Shown here: positions 12,310-24,759 of the stretch, piece after piece
Numbering within the stretch: the stretch's first letter is position 1
How the letters are laid out: each line of letters opens with the position of its first letter
Source: Euprymna scolopes
Taxonomy: Eukaryota
Direction: 5' to 3' (one strand)
Assembly (NCBI GenBank): GCA_053919585.1
Contig: CM132788.1
DNA length: 64,000 nt
The notes under the pieces: model-generated
What the model was told of the DNA's origin: nothing
Databases searched by the model: none
What the model saw: the letters and a program-made list of their open reading frames with translations, nothing else
Program-made: the position numbers and the translations under genes

Positions 12310-14559
12310 GGAGAGGGAGAAGGAGAGAGAGAAGAGAGATATATAAAGATACTGAACTTTATATAACATAGATGTTTGCTATAATACTTATACTAAACAT
12401 AGTCAAATAAATAGAGATATAATTTCAAGAGCATTTAGAGTATTTGAGACATTTAAGACGTATATCTTATTCCACAACATGAAGTCTTACCACCATTCCT
12501 ATCACGATGTAATAATTTTAAATGTGTAACATAGATCAAAACCTGGCAAAGGGGAGAAGGTCATACTGTTCAAGAATATCAACTTAAATATCAGGTGTCT
12601 TGGATTTAGAACTTTCACGAACTAGTGTCATTATGTGTCCACAGAGTTACAGACCTTGCATGTAATCTCCTGGCAAGTCGTTGAGTTCTCTGTCAAGAAA
12701 GGTGAGGCAGTAAATTGGGATAGGTCAAGCAGAACGTCGGATTTTTCTGGAACTAAAGTATGTTTTTATGGGTTTGCCATTCGTTAAAACCGGAGGTCGA
12801 TTGTGAGTCCCTTATTCAATAGTCACTACTACACTTGACATACGTAAAATAACTAACCAACTTCCTAATTGGCGATTGACAAATGTTTCTACTAATACGA
12901 AACAAATTAATTCATAGAACAGAAAATTTGCACCAATTCTATGTCACTTAATGAAGATTTAAATAATAAGTAAATACATCTTATGTCAAGAATCATTGAA
13001 AATCTATTACATGATTAAATTCTAGAAAATGTCTAATATTTAAGATTTTAACTGATTCCTTTTGAAAGAAATGTAATTTCAGAAAGTCTTGCTTTATTTG
13101 TATCTAGTGGCTATAAGAATATACTCGAGGCAAATCTGAATAATTTTATTATAACAGTTAGAGTTGCCGTTATATACCTTAAAACATAAAACTGTCATAT
13201 CAAGAAAATTAATTAACTAGCATGAGCCATGCCAATGCGTTAATTACGGAAATATAAAATATTAATGTAATGCAAAAATATAAGAGAAAATGATACAAAA
13301 TAAAACAAGAAAGAAACTATTTTTCTAGATGTAATTTAGTCGATGCTAATTAGAATTTTCAACGTTTGATTTGATGCTGCCCGGCATGCTATTTGTTTTA
13401 AAGATAAGATTGGTCGTTTAGATATAAGAAACAAAAGAAATAAAAAAATGGACAGATATATCTGCAAGAAATTTAACTGATTAGAACGTGATGTAGACAT
13501 GTTCTAGAGAATGAAAATAATGAATAAAAAATATTAAACAGAAAATATTAAAGTGTAGCGATTCTGAATAAAATCGAACATCTGAAACTAAGCCCTTTAC
13601 TGTAAATTATTTAGGTTTTTAAATATGATTTAGCACTGCATTGCCATGTGATAATAGTCATCTAGATGAATTTAAATACTTTTAGAGTATCAATCTACAA
13701 AATAGAAAATAAAACCACTGTAGGGAAGTAAGGATTTACTCATCTTCGTAATATGACGATGAAACAATTTTTTACATAATTGAAATTAACATGGTCCTTA
13801 AATGCACTTTCCTAAGTTTAAATAATAATTATTTAAACACAAATGTTCAGAAACGAGAATCGTTTTCATTTTATAATTATTATCATATTTATTAACGTAT
13901 ATTTATTAACGATGAATGGTTAATGCAGAACTATTTTGGAAAAAAATCCCAAGAATGTTTCTTTACAAAATTCGGTTTCATTTTATTTTAGAATATGAAT
14001 ACCATATAATTGAGAATATAATCCAACCTCCAAGAAAGAAAAATAAAGAAATTACTCCATGACATTACGTTTCCATGGTAAAATGATTAGTGTCTGGTTN
14101 NNNNNNNNNNNNNNNNNNNNNNNNNNNNNNNNNNNNNNNNNNNNNNNNNNNNNNNNNNNNNNNNNNNNNNNNNNNNNNNNNNNNNNNNNNNNNNNNNNNN
14201 NNNNNNNNNNNNNNNNNNNNNNNNNNNNNNNNNNNNNNNNNNNNNNNNAAAATATCTTGTGCGTTTCCCCATAACAGACCGAATAAGTGATGAGGGTCAA
14301 GGAAGATGAAAAGATCAAGGACGGAAAGTACTTGCCAGACATGGGTTCAATGAGTGCAAAGAGAATTTGGACATGAGAAAGGCTTACTGCCACCAACATT
14401 CCAGTGAAACCAAACGTCGCTGCCAAAGAGAAATCAATGGTAAGCGGAAGTTGGGATAACGCAGTCATTTGTAAAGGTTATCATAAATGGTGGAAAGTAC
14501 TGGGATCTGTACTGCTGTCACTCAGACTCCATATAACACCACAAATTGTTCTCAAAGAG

Positions 14560-15095
14560 AAATTTTGATGATGACTACTCCTTGTGAGGAAACTGATGTG
14601 ACTAAACTTTGTGAGTAAAATAATAGTCCATAAATCCCATCATGATTCAATGTGACCCTGAGATTACTCACAGGAAACCGGATATTGTAGTCGAGAACAG
14701 ACCATTCAAATAATGTACAAATTATTGATGTAGCTTGCCCAAGCGTCATCAGTTTAGAGACAACAAAGAATGGGAAACACGAAATCCTCAGGAACTGAGG
14801 GTAGAGATTGCTAAATTGTTGAATAAAAATCTTCTATTGTGCTAATCATCATAAGTGCGCTTGGCTCAATTCCAGATGATCTTAAGGAACGACTGACCTT
14901 CTTTGTAATCAAGTACAACATTACCGTACTTAAGAATCAGTTCTGCTTCGTACAGTAAACACCTACGCCAGCTGCTTTCCATCCAGTTCACACTTTGACT
15001 ATGCTCAGTAGTTTTAGTATAAAGCCTGCTCTAGAGTAATAAAAACGGTGTAACGCATCACAACACTGTGAAGTTAACAAATATAGTAATAATGA
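14560..15095 (+). mobile_element. Decayed 3' end of an RLE-type non-LTR retrotransposon (R4/Dong/NeSL-like restriction-like endonuclease)
   Basis: From 14645 it translates IQCDPEITHRKPDIVVENRPFK*CT, then (frameshift) IIDVACP, later LRVEIAKL and IIISALGSIP. This is the RxPD..(D/E) restriction-like endonuclease signature. It ends in a degenerate taa-type tail. Confidence 0.7.
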
Positions 15096-15521
15096 TGTCC
15101 GGTCATGCAAATCACGAGAACAGGGTGAACTAAGGCCTTAATTAAACTTATTTTCTGATTCCATTATTTAGAGAAACTTACATCCTCAGCTGTAACCTCA
15201 TGAGTCTAGATAGAATGATAATTTCCTCTATATGAAATCATGGTTACCTGAACTCGCACCTATGTTCGGTAATTTTCATATAAACTTTCAAGATTATCCA
15301 TGAAAGAAGATTCATCATTCAAACTTTTAAGATGAATAAGGATATTTACATAACTAGGCCGGATAAGATAAATGTTCTTGTATCGTTATTCTTAACATGA
15401 GTGATTAGACTGGGAAATTTTGTAATATTTTGAACGATGAAGCTAAATTAAAAATGCTTGGTGACATAATTAACAACACGCTGAACACTGAAGCAAAACT
15501 TCATAAACGTTCTCTGGACTA

Positions 15522-16380
15522 CACAGTGAAGCAATAAAGAACACAACATTACAGCTTTATTTTGAAACTTTATTGAAAAAAATGAATTCATGCTACTATG
15601 TAGTAAAGTTGACATGTATACAACATAACTTCCTTCTGTTTCAATCACTGCGTTGATACGGCTCGGAACTAGAGGCATATTTTTTCAGGAAAACCGGCGG
15701 GAGCTAATCGAATACTCGGCAGATGGTGGTGATCAGGCTGGCTTAGATTTGTGGAAGGTGATGTTCGTGATATTCACAAGGTATGGTTAAAGGATGTAGT
15801 CCAGCGGGTTCAAGTCGAGCGAGGAGAAGGGCTAATGAGAAAAGAGTACAATCATAGCACTCCTTCAAAAGCCAGGCTCGGATTTCTTTAAACTCGTGGA
15901 CCGGCGTCGAGTATTCCTACCACAGCCAGGGCGTGCCAGCGGCTACCTGATTACATCAGAGGATCACTATACTCTTCAGCATTTCCAGGTATACTTTGGT
16001 GTGGATAATATGCCGACTTCGTAGATGTATGGTGATATGGTGTGGCCTTCATTTGAAACCACACAAAAGAACCGGTACCGAAACTTGCTCTGAAGCGTTT
16101 AATTGTCCGGATTTGCATTTTGCGGCTGCTAGCAATGGTCGTGTTGTTATAACTGTGATCGGTAGAGAGCATGAGTTGTAGAAAAAACGAATCTCTACTC
16201 TCATTCATTGAACATTGTGTCGCTTTCAGACATTATAGAAAGCTTATATCGCTCTTGGGGACTTATACACAACTGGCCAACTCGTAATTGGTTTGGAACA
16301 AAAAGAGAACTGGTTATCATCAAACCGAAATTAAATTCTGCCGTTTTTTTCTAAGGCGGCACTTCTATCGTATTAGGTTG
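15522..16380 (-). mobile_element. Decayed Tc1/mariner (maT-like, DD37D) element, copy 2
   Basis: Minus strand reads ...KEIRAWLLKECYD..FSH*PFSSLDLNPLDY and ...SRINAVIETEG. It is homologous end-to-end to the 27191 and 48783 copies. Confidence 0.85.
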
Positions 16381-17524
16381 TCCGTGAAAAGAAATTTATT
16401 AGTAATGATGGGAAATGTTAAAGTTGGTTAACAACGACCAAGAATGTACTGCTACGTAAGATCCACAATGACAGGGTCACCATAAGGCCAATTCTATCCC
16501 TGATTGTCCACCTTTACATTAGCTGGTCAAGTGGTTAGCCGAAATACTTTATTCTGTATTAATAACATTTTCGTATAATTGTAGTGCAGATTCTTTCAGT
16601 TTCGCAGCATCCATGCAAGCGTTATTCGTCAGTGGACTTCATTGTTCATTTGATTTCACATACTAATTTACCAGCATTCGCTTTAATGAAAAAAAAATTA
16701 GGTATGTACTGATATGCTTTATCGCAGCACTATATCGTCTTTTTTTTCCAGAGAATAACTTTCTGAAACATATAGAACTGGACACTAAGTAGGTCAGCTT
16801 TCGCTTGAATAATGTAATATTCCTGCAGGTTAGTGAGATGTTGATGGATAAAAACATATAAATTCGTAACTTTATATAAAATCTTAATTTTCACAAATGA
16901 AATACTGGTAATCATATTGAAAAACAGTTTTCTACTCGTCTTAATGAATCCATATTAAATTGTTCTTTCATAGCTATGAATCCGTAAATCTTAATACACG
17001 TTCATTCCGTTCTTTCTATGCATGTGCACAATTAATAATGAGCTTATTTTATTTGAAAAATGAGGTTTTAATTCGATTTAAATGAACTGTGGATGACAAT
17101 TAATGCATCTTAATTAAAATGCGCGCATCGAAAATGAAAACAATAAATAGGAGATGTTCTTTAGATGCGGCTACTCAATGTGATTATTAAAAAAAAAAGT
17201 GTGACAGATCAGCGAAAATGCGATTTTGCAGAAGATACACAGCCTGATAAGAATATTAAATACTTAAGCTTGAAAGATCAAACAAAAATAATTCAAATTT
17301 AAGCTTGATATAATAATGAAAGTAAAAGTGTGAACGAAACTGTGACAGAGGAATTAAATACAATGTCACGTTTACTGTAATATTTCAAAGCCAGCCAGTC
17401 CACACACCTTCTAACATTTGAACACAATTAATAATGGGACATGTAGAGTCCATTTGTGTAATGAAGTCTATACTATTAATACAATTCTAAATGTTTATTT
17501 ATTTGTTTATTCATGTGTTCGTAT

Positions 17525-17970
17525 ATATACCTGATGGGTCCTGAACTGTAACCCAAGCTTCAGCCTCTGCCCCATCGACGTGATGTGGCATCCCTCTGCC
17601 TGTTCTACAAGTACTTTGATGGTGAATGTTCCGACGAACTGCCTGGACTTGTATCCCCTTTACGTAAATATCCCCCGATAAACCCGACAAACAGTAAAAT
17701 CCAATCCCTTCACAGTAGAGATCCCTAGATGTAAGAGAACCTTCTACTCCAGTAGTTTCTTCCTCAGAACCGCTAGACTTTGGAATTCTCTTCCAGCTTC
17801 CTGCTTCCCCAACTGTACTGATATGCAGAAGTTCAAGTGTAACGTGAACCAACATCTTGCTGCCTATCTCCCCACCTAGTACGCCTGTAGCTTGTGTCCC
17901 TAATAGTAGCCCCCTACATCAAAGTGGCAATGTGCCTTGTTTGGGGTGAAAATGTAAAAAAAAAAAAAAA
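17525..17970 (+). mobile_element. 5'-truncated CR1/L2-group LINE, family B, with poly-A tail
   Basis: Encodes LQPL.HRRDVASLCLFYKYFDGECSDEL and FFLRTARLWNSL-like remnants. A15 tail at 17956-17970. The 3' UTR matches the 26.7 kb copy. Confidence 0.85.
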
Positions 17971-18202
17971 TACCAATAAAACTTTTGGACGGATGTAGCG
18001 AATTTTCCCGCTCAAAGATATGAGCCCCTAGATTGTCCTTATCTATATATGGTTCGAAACGAACAACGCCGAGTCACACAAACAGCTCCAAATAAGGATT
18101 TTTGTGCCCTTTCGTGCAATTGTCGAAAATGTTGTCTTTCCATATCAAGGAATTTAGCACTGTCTATGTATACTCGCGGTAACATCTTCTAACATGCGGA
18201 GA

Positions 18203-18265
18203 GGACTTGTAGCGCAATTGATAACGCGTCTGAATGCTGATCAAAAGATTGAATGTTCGAATCCT
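18203..18265 (+). pseudogene. tRNA-Arg(ACG)-derived pseudogene or SINE head (3' acceptor strand lost)
   Basis: ggacttgtagcgcaattgataacgcgtctgaatgctgatcaaaagattgaatgttcgaatcct is roughly 80% identical by eye to the invertebrate tRNA-Arg(ACG) sequence as I recall it. A- and B-box-like motifs are retained; the anticodon is mutated. Confidence 0.7.
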
Positions 18266-18367
18266 TAATTAATTATTTTAACCATCATTTTATCCAATGT
18301 TTACTAATTATCCTTACCTTTAGTTAGGATATGTTCGTTTTTTCAGTGATTTTGTTTTGTGCATATG

Positions 18368-18945
18368 TTTTTTTTTTACATGAACGTCACCACTAATCAA
18401 GGCCCATATACCATTCGGGGATAAGGGTCATTGTGTGTACAGTAATCAATGGGATAGTATCGTTGTAATAGTTAGTATTGGAGATTTCATAAAGTGCCAT
18501 TACTTAAGCATACGGTTCATCAGGATTTTTTTTTTGTTGGACTTTAAGACATCCAAGTTGAAGTCGGGAGGGAAACAGGCAAGCGGCAAAGAGTTCAGTT
18601 CTAAGAAAGAAGCCTTCTCATGGAATCTACGTTTTGATTTAGGCACGGATAAAGAGTGGGGAAAATTATTGACATTGGTTTCAGCTAGTCGGGTGTTTTT
18701 CTTGAGAGATGTGCGAGAGGGGACCAGAGAATGGAGCTCAGACGAGCACTTGCCATGGAAATAACGATAAAACAGGGACAGACTCGCAATGTCTCTTCTG
18801 TGGGAGAGAGGTGACAGGGAAAGGAAAAGAGCATCCCACAATAAGCCACGAAGTCTATTTTATACTCTGTCAAGGCAGGATAGGTATTTTTACCAGCTCC
18901 TGCCCTGATGTGGCAGCAGTACTCCATCCTTAGACTTACTTGGCA
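18368..18945 (-). mobile_element. Decayed CR1/L2-group LINE, family A, copy 2
   Basis: Minus-strand ORFs show MEYCCHIRAGA and LSHRRDIASLSLFYRYFHGKCSSEL with frameshifts. Poly-T (the tail) at 18368-18377 is next to the same 3' UTR motif as the 9.5 kb copy. Confidence 0.9.
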
Positions 18946-21110
18946 ATTTACCAGACTCCGAGTAAACAAGGTAAGCGTTGATGGTAATACAATAGTGAGT
19001 GAACTTGGTGTTGAGTGTACTCGATTTTGTGTTTGAGTCGGTGTTATGTGTGCCGACGCGGCGCAGCCGCTAGTTGAATATAAAACGTACACGTGAAACA
19101 CTTACAGACACATTTCTCTTACAAATGTGATCTTGCTTTTAAGAAAAGAAAACAATTACCAAAACATTCTTAAAGGCTGAAACCCAGCAAGAATTTTCGT
19201 TTGATATCTTATGATTCCTTGATATTCTCTTTAGATCTGTTGTGGACTGTTCGTATCAAGCGATTCTTTTTTTTTAAGAAGGACGATTGTCGAGCACGTT
19301 TTGCCAACATATTTTATTAGTATTTGGATTCTTATAAAACTGCCCGATAAAACATTGGGTGAACAAAATATAATATGATAACCCGTATCAAATATTTTAG
19401 TTTGCATTATATTTTTTGGTAATTACTTGCTTTCATTTAAAACCATTCGGTTGACTCCCTACTAGTTCGTCGTATTTCGTTTATATTCGGCTACTGATTT
19501 CCTGCTTTCTGTCGAGCTATCAACTGAGCCTTCCCNNNNNNNNNNNNNNNNNNNNNNNNNNNNNNNNNNNNNNNNNNNNNNNNNNNNNNNNNNNNNNNNN
19601 NNNNNNNNNNNNNNNNNNNNNNNNNNNNNNNNNNNNNNNNNNNNNNNNNNNNNNNNNNNNNNNNNNNNNNNNNNNNNNNNNNNNNNNNNNNNNNNNNNNN
19701 NNNNNNNNNNNNNNNNNNNNNNNNNNNNNNNNNNNNNNNNNNNNNNNNNNNNNCTTAAAATTGCTGGTCTAATGATCTTTCCTTTCTTGGCTCTACAAGT
19801 ACAGAATTTTCTCATAGAATCCGGTCCGTTGAGCCCAGTTTTTATTATGCAATAAATCTGCATATGTTTTTGTACTAGGATTTCTTACGTAGTTTTACAC
19901 ACAAAATAAAAGTGTAATAATAAATAAATGTTAATGTCTGTGTGAGGTTGAGTATATGAGTTATTGGATTCAGCGTTTGGCAATGGCACAAATTATCGCT
20001 TCACCTTCCTATACGCCACAAGGGTTTAAGATAATTATTTTGGTAAGCGCATGCGAGTGTTTAAGGAATACACCGGCCATTTCAAAAGCACATCCGGTAA
20101 CTCAACTATTCAGGAGTCAGCAATTGGGCAGTGTTTACTAAACAATTAATGCTGTGGTGAATCCTATTCGGAGATTCTTTTACGTATCGTACATTAGAAC
20201 CATTTAACACAAAAACTTAATATTCTGAAGACTTTGTGTGTCATAATGCGGTGAGCTTCGCTCTGTAGGAAAATATGCTTTCTCATTAATTAAAATTATT
20301 AAAAGAGCTCTAAAAATGAACACAATATATATATATATATATATATGAATATTTTTTTAAGAAAAATCTGATTTCATTTTATATATTTTTCAATTAAATT
20401 ATTCTTTAAAAATCTGGTTTCATTTCATATATTTATAATATTTTTATATATTTTATATATTTTTCAATTAAAGTATTCTTTAATGCTAACATTAATACAT
20501 GAGAACATCACAAGAAACAATAACATCCAACCAGCGATGAAATTAAGCGCTATTTATATCGTCAATTCAAAAATATATTCCCTTTTCGATCACGTACTCA
20601 TCCAGGAAATGTGAATAAAACTAAAATGTCATTTAAACCAGTTCAAGGATAGAATATTTTTTCATTTACATATTTAGAATTACTACAATATGCGAACATT
20701 TTAGAAGCATAAAATATTTTGATATATAGTGAAAATCGCAAGTCTATGCTTGTAATAAATGTATATTATTATAAAAAAACGATTCAAACGAAACCATAGA
20801 ACAGAATTGTTAGACCAAAGAAAATAAGGGCGAGGCACATAGGCCGATGTAAANNNNNNNNNNNNNNNNNNNNNNNNNNNNNNNNNNNNNNNNNNNNNNN
20901 NNNNNNNNNNNNNNNNNNNNNNNNNNNNNNNNNNNNNNNNNNNNNNNNNNNNNNNNNNNNNNNNNNNNNNNNNNNNNNNNNNNNNNNNNNNNNNNNNNNN
21001 NNNNNNNNNNNNNNNNNNNNNNNNNNNNNNNNNNNNNNNNNNNNNNNNNNNNNNNNNNNNNNNNNNNNNNNNNNNNNNNNNNNNNNNNNNNNNNNNNNNN
21101 NNNNNNNNNN

Positions 21111-21207
21111 TGACACACCGGTTCTCGAAAAATCACCGAAGTTAAGCAACGTTGAGCCTGTTTACTTCCTTACGGGTGACCATTTGGGAATTTTAGGTGA
21201 TGTATGT
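21111..21207 (+). pseudogene. 5S rRNA-derived sequence (5' end hidden in N-run)
   Basis: acaccggttctcg..atcaccgaagttaagcaacgttgagcctg..gggtgacc..tgggaat..ggtgatgta follows the invertebrate 5S rRNA consensus including box A. Box C is degenerate and several substitutions are present. Confidence 0.8.
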
Positions 21208-21396
21208 GCTCTCCACTAATATCGGTACTTGTGTCCAGTCGTCCTGTACATACACTTCACTTGCCAATGGTGTTTAATAATGTCGAGCAAGGAGAGGCAT
21301 AGTTGGAGATTGCGCAACTCCTTCAATAGCATTTCACACGCAGGCACCCGTACGTCGTATCCATAGTCTCTAAAAGATCGAAGGAGCCTGTTATGT

Positions 21397-21398
<2 letters not shown>

Positions 21399-21471
<73 letters not shown>

Positions 21472-21488
21472 GTGTATATATATATATT
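21399..21488. repeat. (TA)n microsatellite (tail of the 5S-headed element)
   Basis: Direct reading. Confidence 0.95.
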
Positions 21489-21765
21489 GAGTAAGATCAT
21501 TGAGCATTTGTAATTAAAATTAAAAATTAAAAAATCGGTTTCACAAGGAAGAACAAACACAATCTATAAATTGTACAATCATTTCGAGTTCGCATTTTTT
21601 ATTTGAAGAGGCAATTAGTCTTGGACAATAATTTTATCAGGTAGTTTTTTTTTAACAAAATCTCCCCATCACCAAAAATATATGTGGTGGAGGTTTTCAG
21701 AAACGACATTTGACATCCCAATGGATCCGTTGACGATCACAATTACGAACTTTAAAGACGAACCA

Positions 21766-21824
<59 letters not shown>

Positions 21825-22223
21825 GTATATATATATTAAAAACTTTAAAATATCCCATTTTAACCTAACCTTTGCACCCGATTTTATATTATTTTCAATT
21901 TATCTTTGTTTACCAACATAAAAAAGTAACTATTTTCCTTCATATTTTTAATATTTTCCAGATACATAGGTCTTATTAAACATATGCTATTTTTATTTTT
22001 TCGTGTTTTTAAAAAAAAATATCCAATATTTTTGCTGATGAGGAGACTTTGTTTCAAAAAACTAAATGAAAAAAAATATTTCCAAGACTTATTGTATATT
22101 TCAATAAAAAAAACCATCGTACAATTTATTGAATTTGTTAGTTCTTCCTTGTGAAACCGATTTTTATTTTTTAATTTAAATTTCAAATCATCACTCACCG
22201 CACGCAATATTAAAATAGCTCTA

Positions 22224-22224
<1 letters not shown>

Positions 22225-22291
<67 letters not shown>
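22225..22291. repeat. (TA)n microsatellite
   Basis: Direct reading. Confidence 0.95.
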
Positions 22292-22294
<3 letters not shown>

Positions 22295-23170
22295 TATCGA
22301 GCTTATTATATATCTACATTACAACGGGCAGTGTTTTCTTTTCTTTTATATCAATTATATTAATGAATTTACTAATAGATTAAAGTATATTCTCATTTTT
22401 AAATTGTTGTTCTANNNNNNNNNNNNNNNNNNNNNNNNNNNNNNNNNNNNNNNNNNNNNNNNNNNNNNNNNNNNNNNNNNNNNNNNNNNNNNNNNNNNNN
22501 NNNNNNNNNNNNNNNNNNNNNNNNNNNNNNNNNNNNNNNNNNNNNNNNNNNNNNNNNNNNNNNNNNNNNNNNNNNNNNNNNNNNNNNCAGTTAATCAGTA
22601 AGAATTACACATTCAACCGAGCCTTACTAATTCAATTGTTTATTCACTGCTTGTAAGAAAAGTTAAGCAGTAAATTACTTTCACACGTGTGATACCTTTT
22701 ACGGTGTTAGAAATATGTAGTTTTAAGCCTTATAAGCATAGTGCGAAAGCATAATACCAGACTAAATGATTGGCAGTTCGTTGACATATTGTAAATTCTT
22801 GCTTGGCGTAGGTTCGCTTCTGCTAGTGTTTTTCTCTGCTGTGTTTACTATCTTGCATATTTTATTAGTAATTGCATTAATGAAATATTTGTGCTTGTCG
22901 ACGTTTGTGCTGCCAGCAAAACGAATGAAGTGTCTTAAATTTTAGTACCTTTAGTCTACATCTAACATGACACTGCTTTCCCTCCGCTTCGTAACCTTCA
23001 TAATCTTATGGCGCACGTCTGATCTGTGCTTAAGTTTTATGGATAAATACTTAACTCATTTTATCACTCCCTAAATGGATGTAACTTAATGCAATGTTCT
23101 TACTATGAATAAGTTAGACACGTCTTTAGATGCATTACTACGGCATTACCCGAGGAGGTTACAGATTACA

Positions 23171-23230
23171 GTTGTTCAATGGTAAACAACATTGGCTACT
23201 TGGCTGTCGCTAGTTCGAATCCAGTTCCTT
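23171..23230 (+). other. Possible tRNA-derived SINE head (A/B box-like)
   Basis: tgttcaatggt (A-box-like) and gttcgaatcc (B-box) occur at tRNA-like spacing. No cloverleaf could be drawn. Confidence 0.3.
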
Positions 23231-24759
23231 CCACGTATATCATTGTTACGTTGGAAGATTACAACGTTCGCGTGGTCCCTCCCATAAATACCTGATGTCT
23301 TTATTGATATACTTTGGACTAGAAAATATCAGGGAAAGAAATACCAAACAATAGAATCTTTGAATTCATACGGTATCATGATGCTGATATCTGAGGTGGC
23401 GTCGCTTTTAATATTGTTTTATGTGTTCACACAATAAACATTACGAAGCGAAAACAATAAATCACGGCGTGTTCAATCTGATGAACAAATTCTATGTTGG
23501 CATTAAATTATATTTTCCGTTTAATATTATTATGTAAGGAATTTGTTGGAGATATAATTTATTTAGAAGTACACATTTTGTTGAGAGAAGTATAGACTTA
23601 TAATATGTAAATATTACGTAGAGAATAACAAGTTCTCAAAGTAACCATCTATTTGATGCATGGTGGATAGAAATACGTAATGCTTATAAATTTAAAATAT
23701 GTATTTCACAATACAAAATATGTATTTGGCAATACAAAATACGAATTTCCCGATGAATGCTACTTCAAAAATATTCATACATACGAAAACAAAAACACGT
23801 ATGAGCATAAAATATATCAGCTTTCTGTATTTTGCATAATTACGTCTACATCATGCTTTATTGTCATCTAAATCGGTGAAATTGCCATTTTTTCAATCAA
23901 ACCGGTTCATTGTCTGTCCTAGTTTAGTGACTTGCCGCTGTTCAAAGGGGGGACACTTCATATGCCTTTCTGCAATGGTGCATTGTATACAATAGTGTTT
24001 ACATGACCATGTAGAAAATAAACTGTTGATTTTATAAAAACATTTTATATAATGACGTGAATTAATTAACAAAATTCAAATGTCAAATATAATTGTTTAG
24101 TTGCCGTTTAAGCAAAACATTAATTTCGAACAGTATCTGTCTCATACACTAATCTTCTTTTGATTGTGTGATGAATAAACTTCTCAAACGCACGCATGAT
24201 ATTAGGTTTTATAAAGTGTTAACTTTGTTAAAAATCGGAGTGTTCCTCCCTTAATCGGATTTTTCCATAATCATTTAACTATTCGATTTTTGATATTGTT
24301 CAGAGATCTTCCAAGATAAAACATACTTAAGCGCACTTACAGACATAAAGTTCAATTGTATCAAAGTTCATAAACATCGGCCCCACCGTTTCTGAGCCTA
24401 TAGGGGAGGAGCTCTCTCACAATATACAGGCAACATGCCTTTTATCTATAACTACACGTGTATATCTCCGTCTGTAATAATTATATTCAATGCTACTGCT
24501 CACGGACAGTGAAATTTCCCGCATTTAAATATGATTTATGTTGTTACTGAATATATTATAACTTTATTATTTTCGCTGAAATGAATATTTTAAAATTCAT
24601 GTATAAATGCATAAACACTAGTAATCATACACTCGAAAATACATTGAACTCTGAAGAAAATTATTTACAAACCACTGCCTTCTGATATTTAATACTAGTG
24701 ATATCAGTAGACATTGCACTACAAATACCAACTCGTAAGTGAGAAGAAACTGGCCAAAA

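Noticed and set aside
14250-14460. RTE-like RT C-terminal fragment
   Set aside because: Similarity is too weak to support by eye.
21216-21921. ORFs with YIYIYI runs (also at 33666, 42906, 43856, 44464, 51701, 54331, 60437)
   Set aside because: They are artefacts of (TA)n microsatellites.
22035-22075. ctgatgag-gagac-ttt-gtttc-aaaa hammerhead-like start
   Set aside because: No GAAA, stem III or stem I partner.
24240-24460. Helentron/HINE-like right end
   Set aside because: Only a vague resemblance; no matching left end or subterminal inverted repeat was identified.
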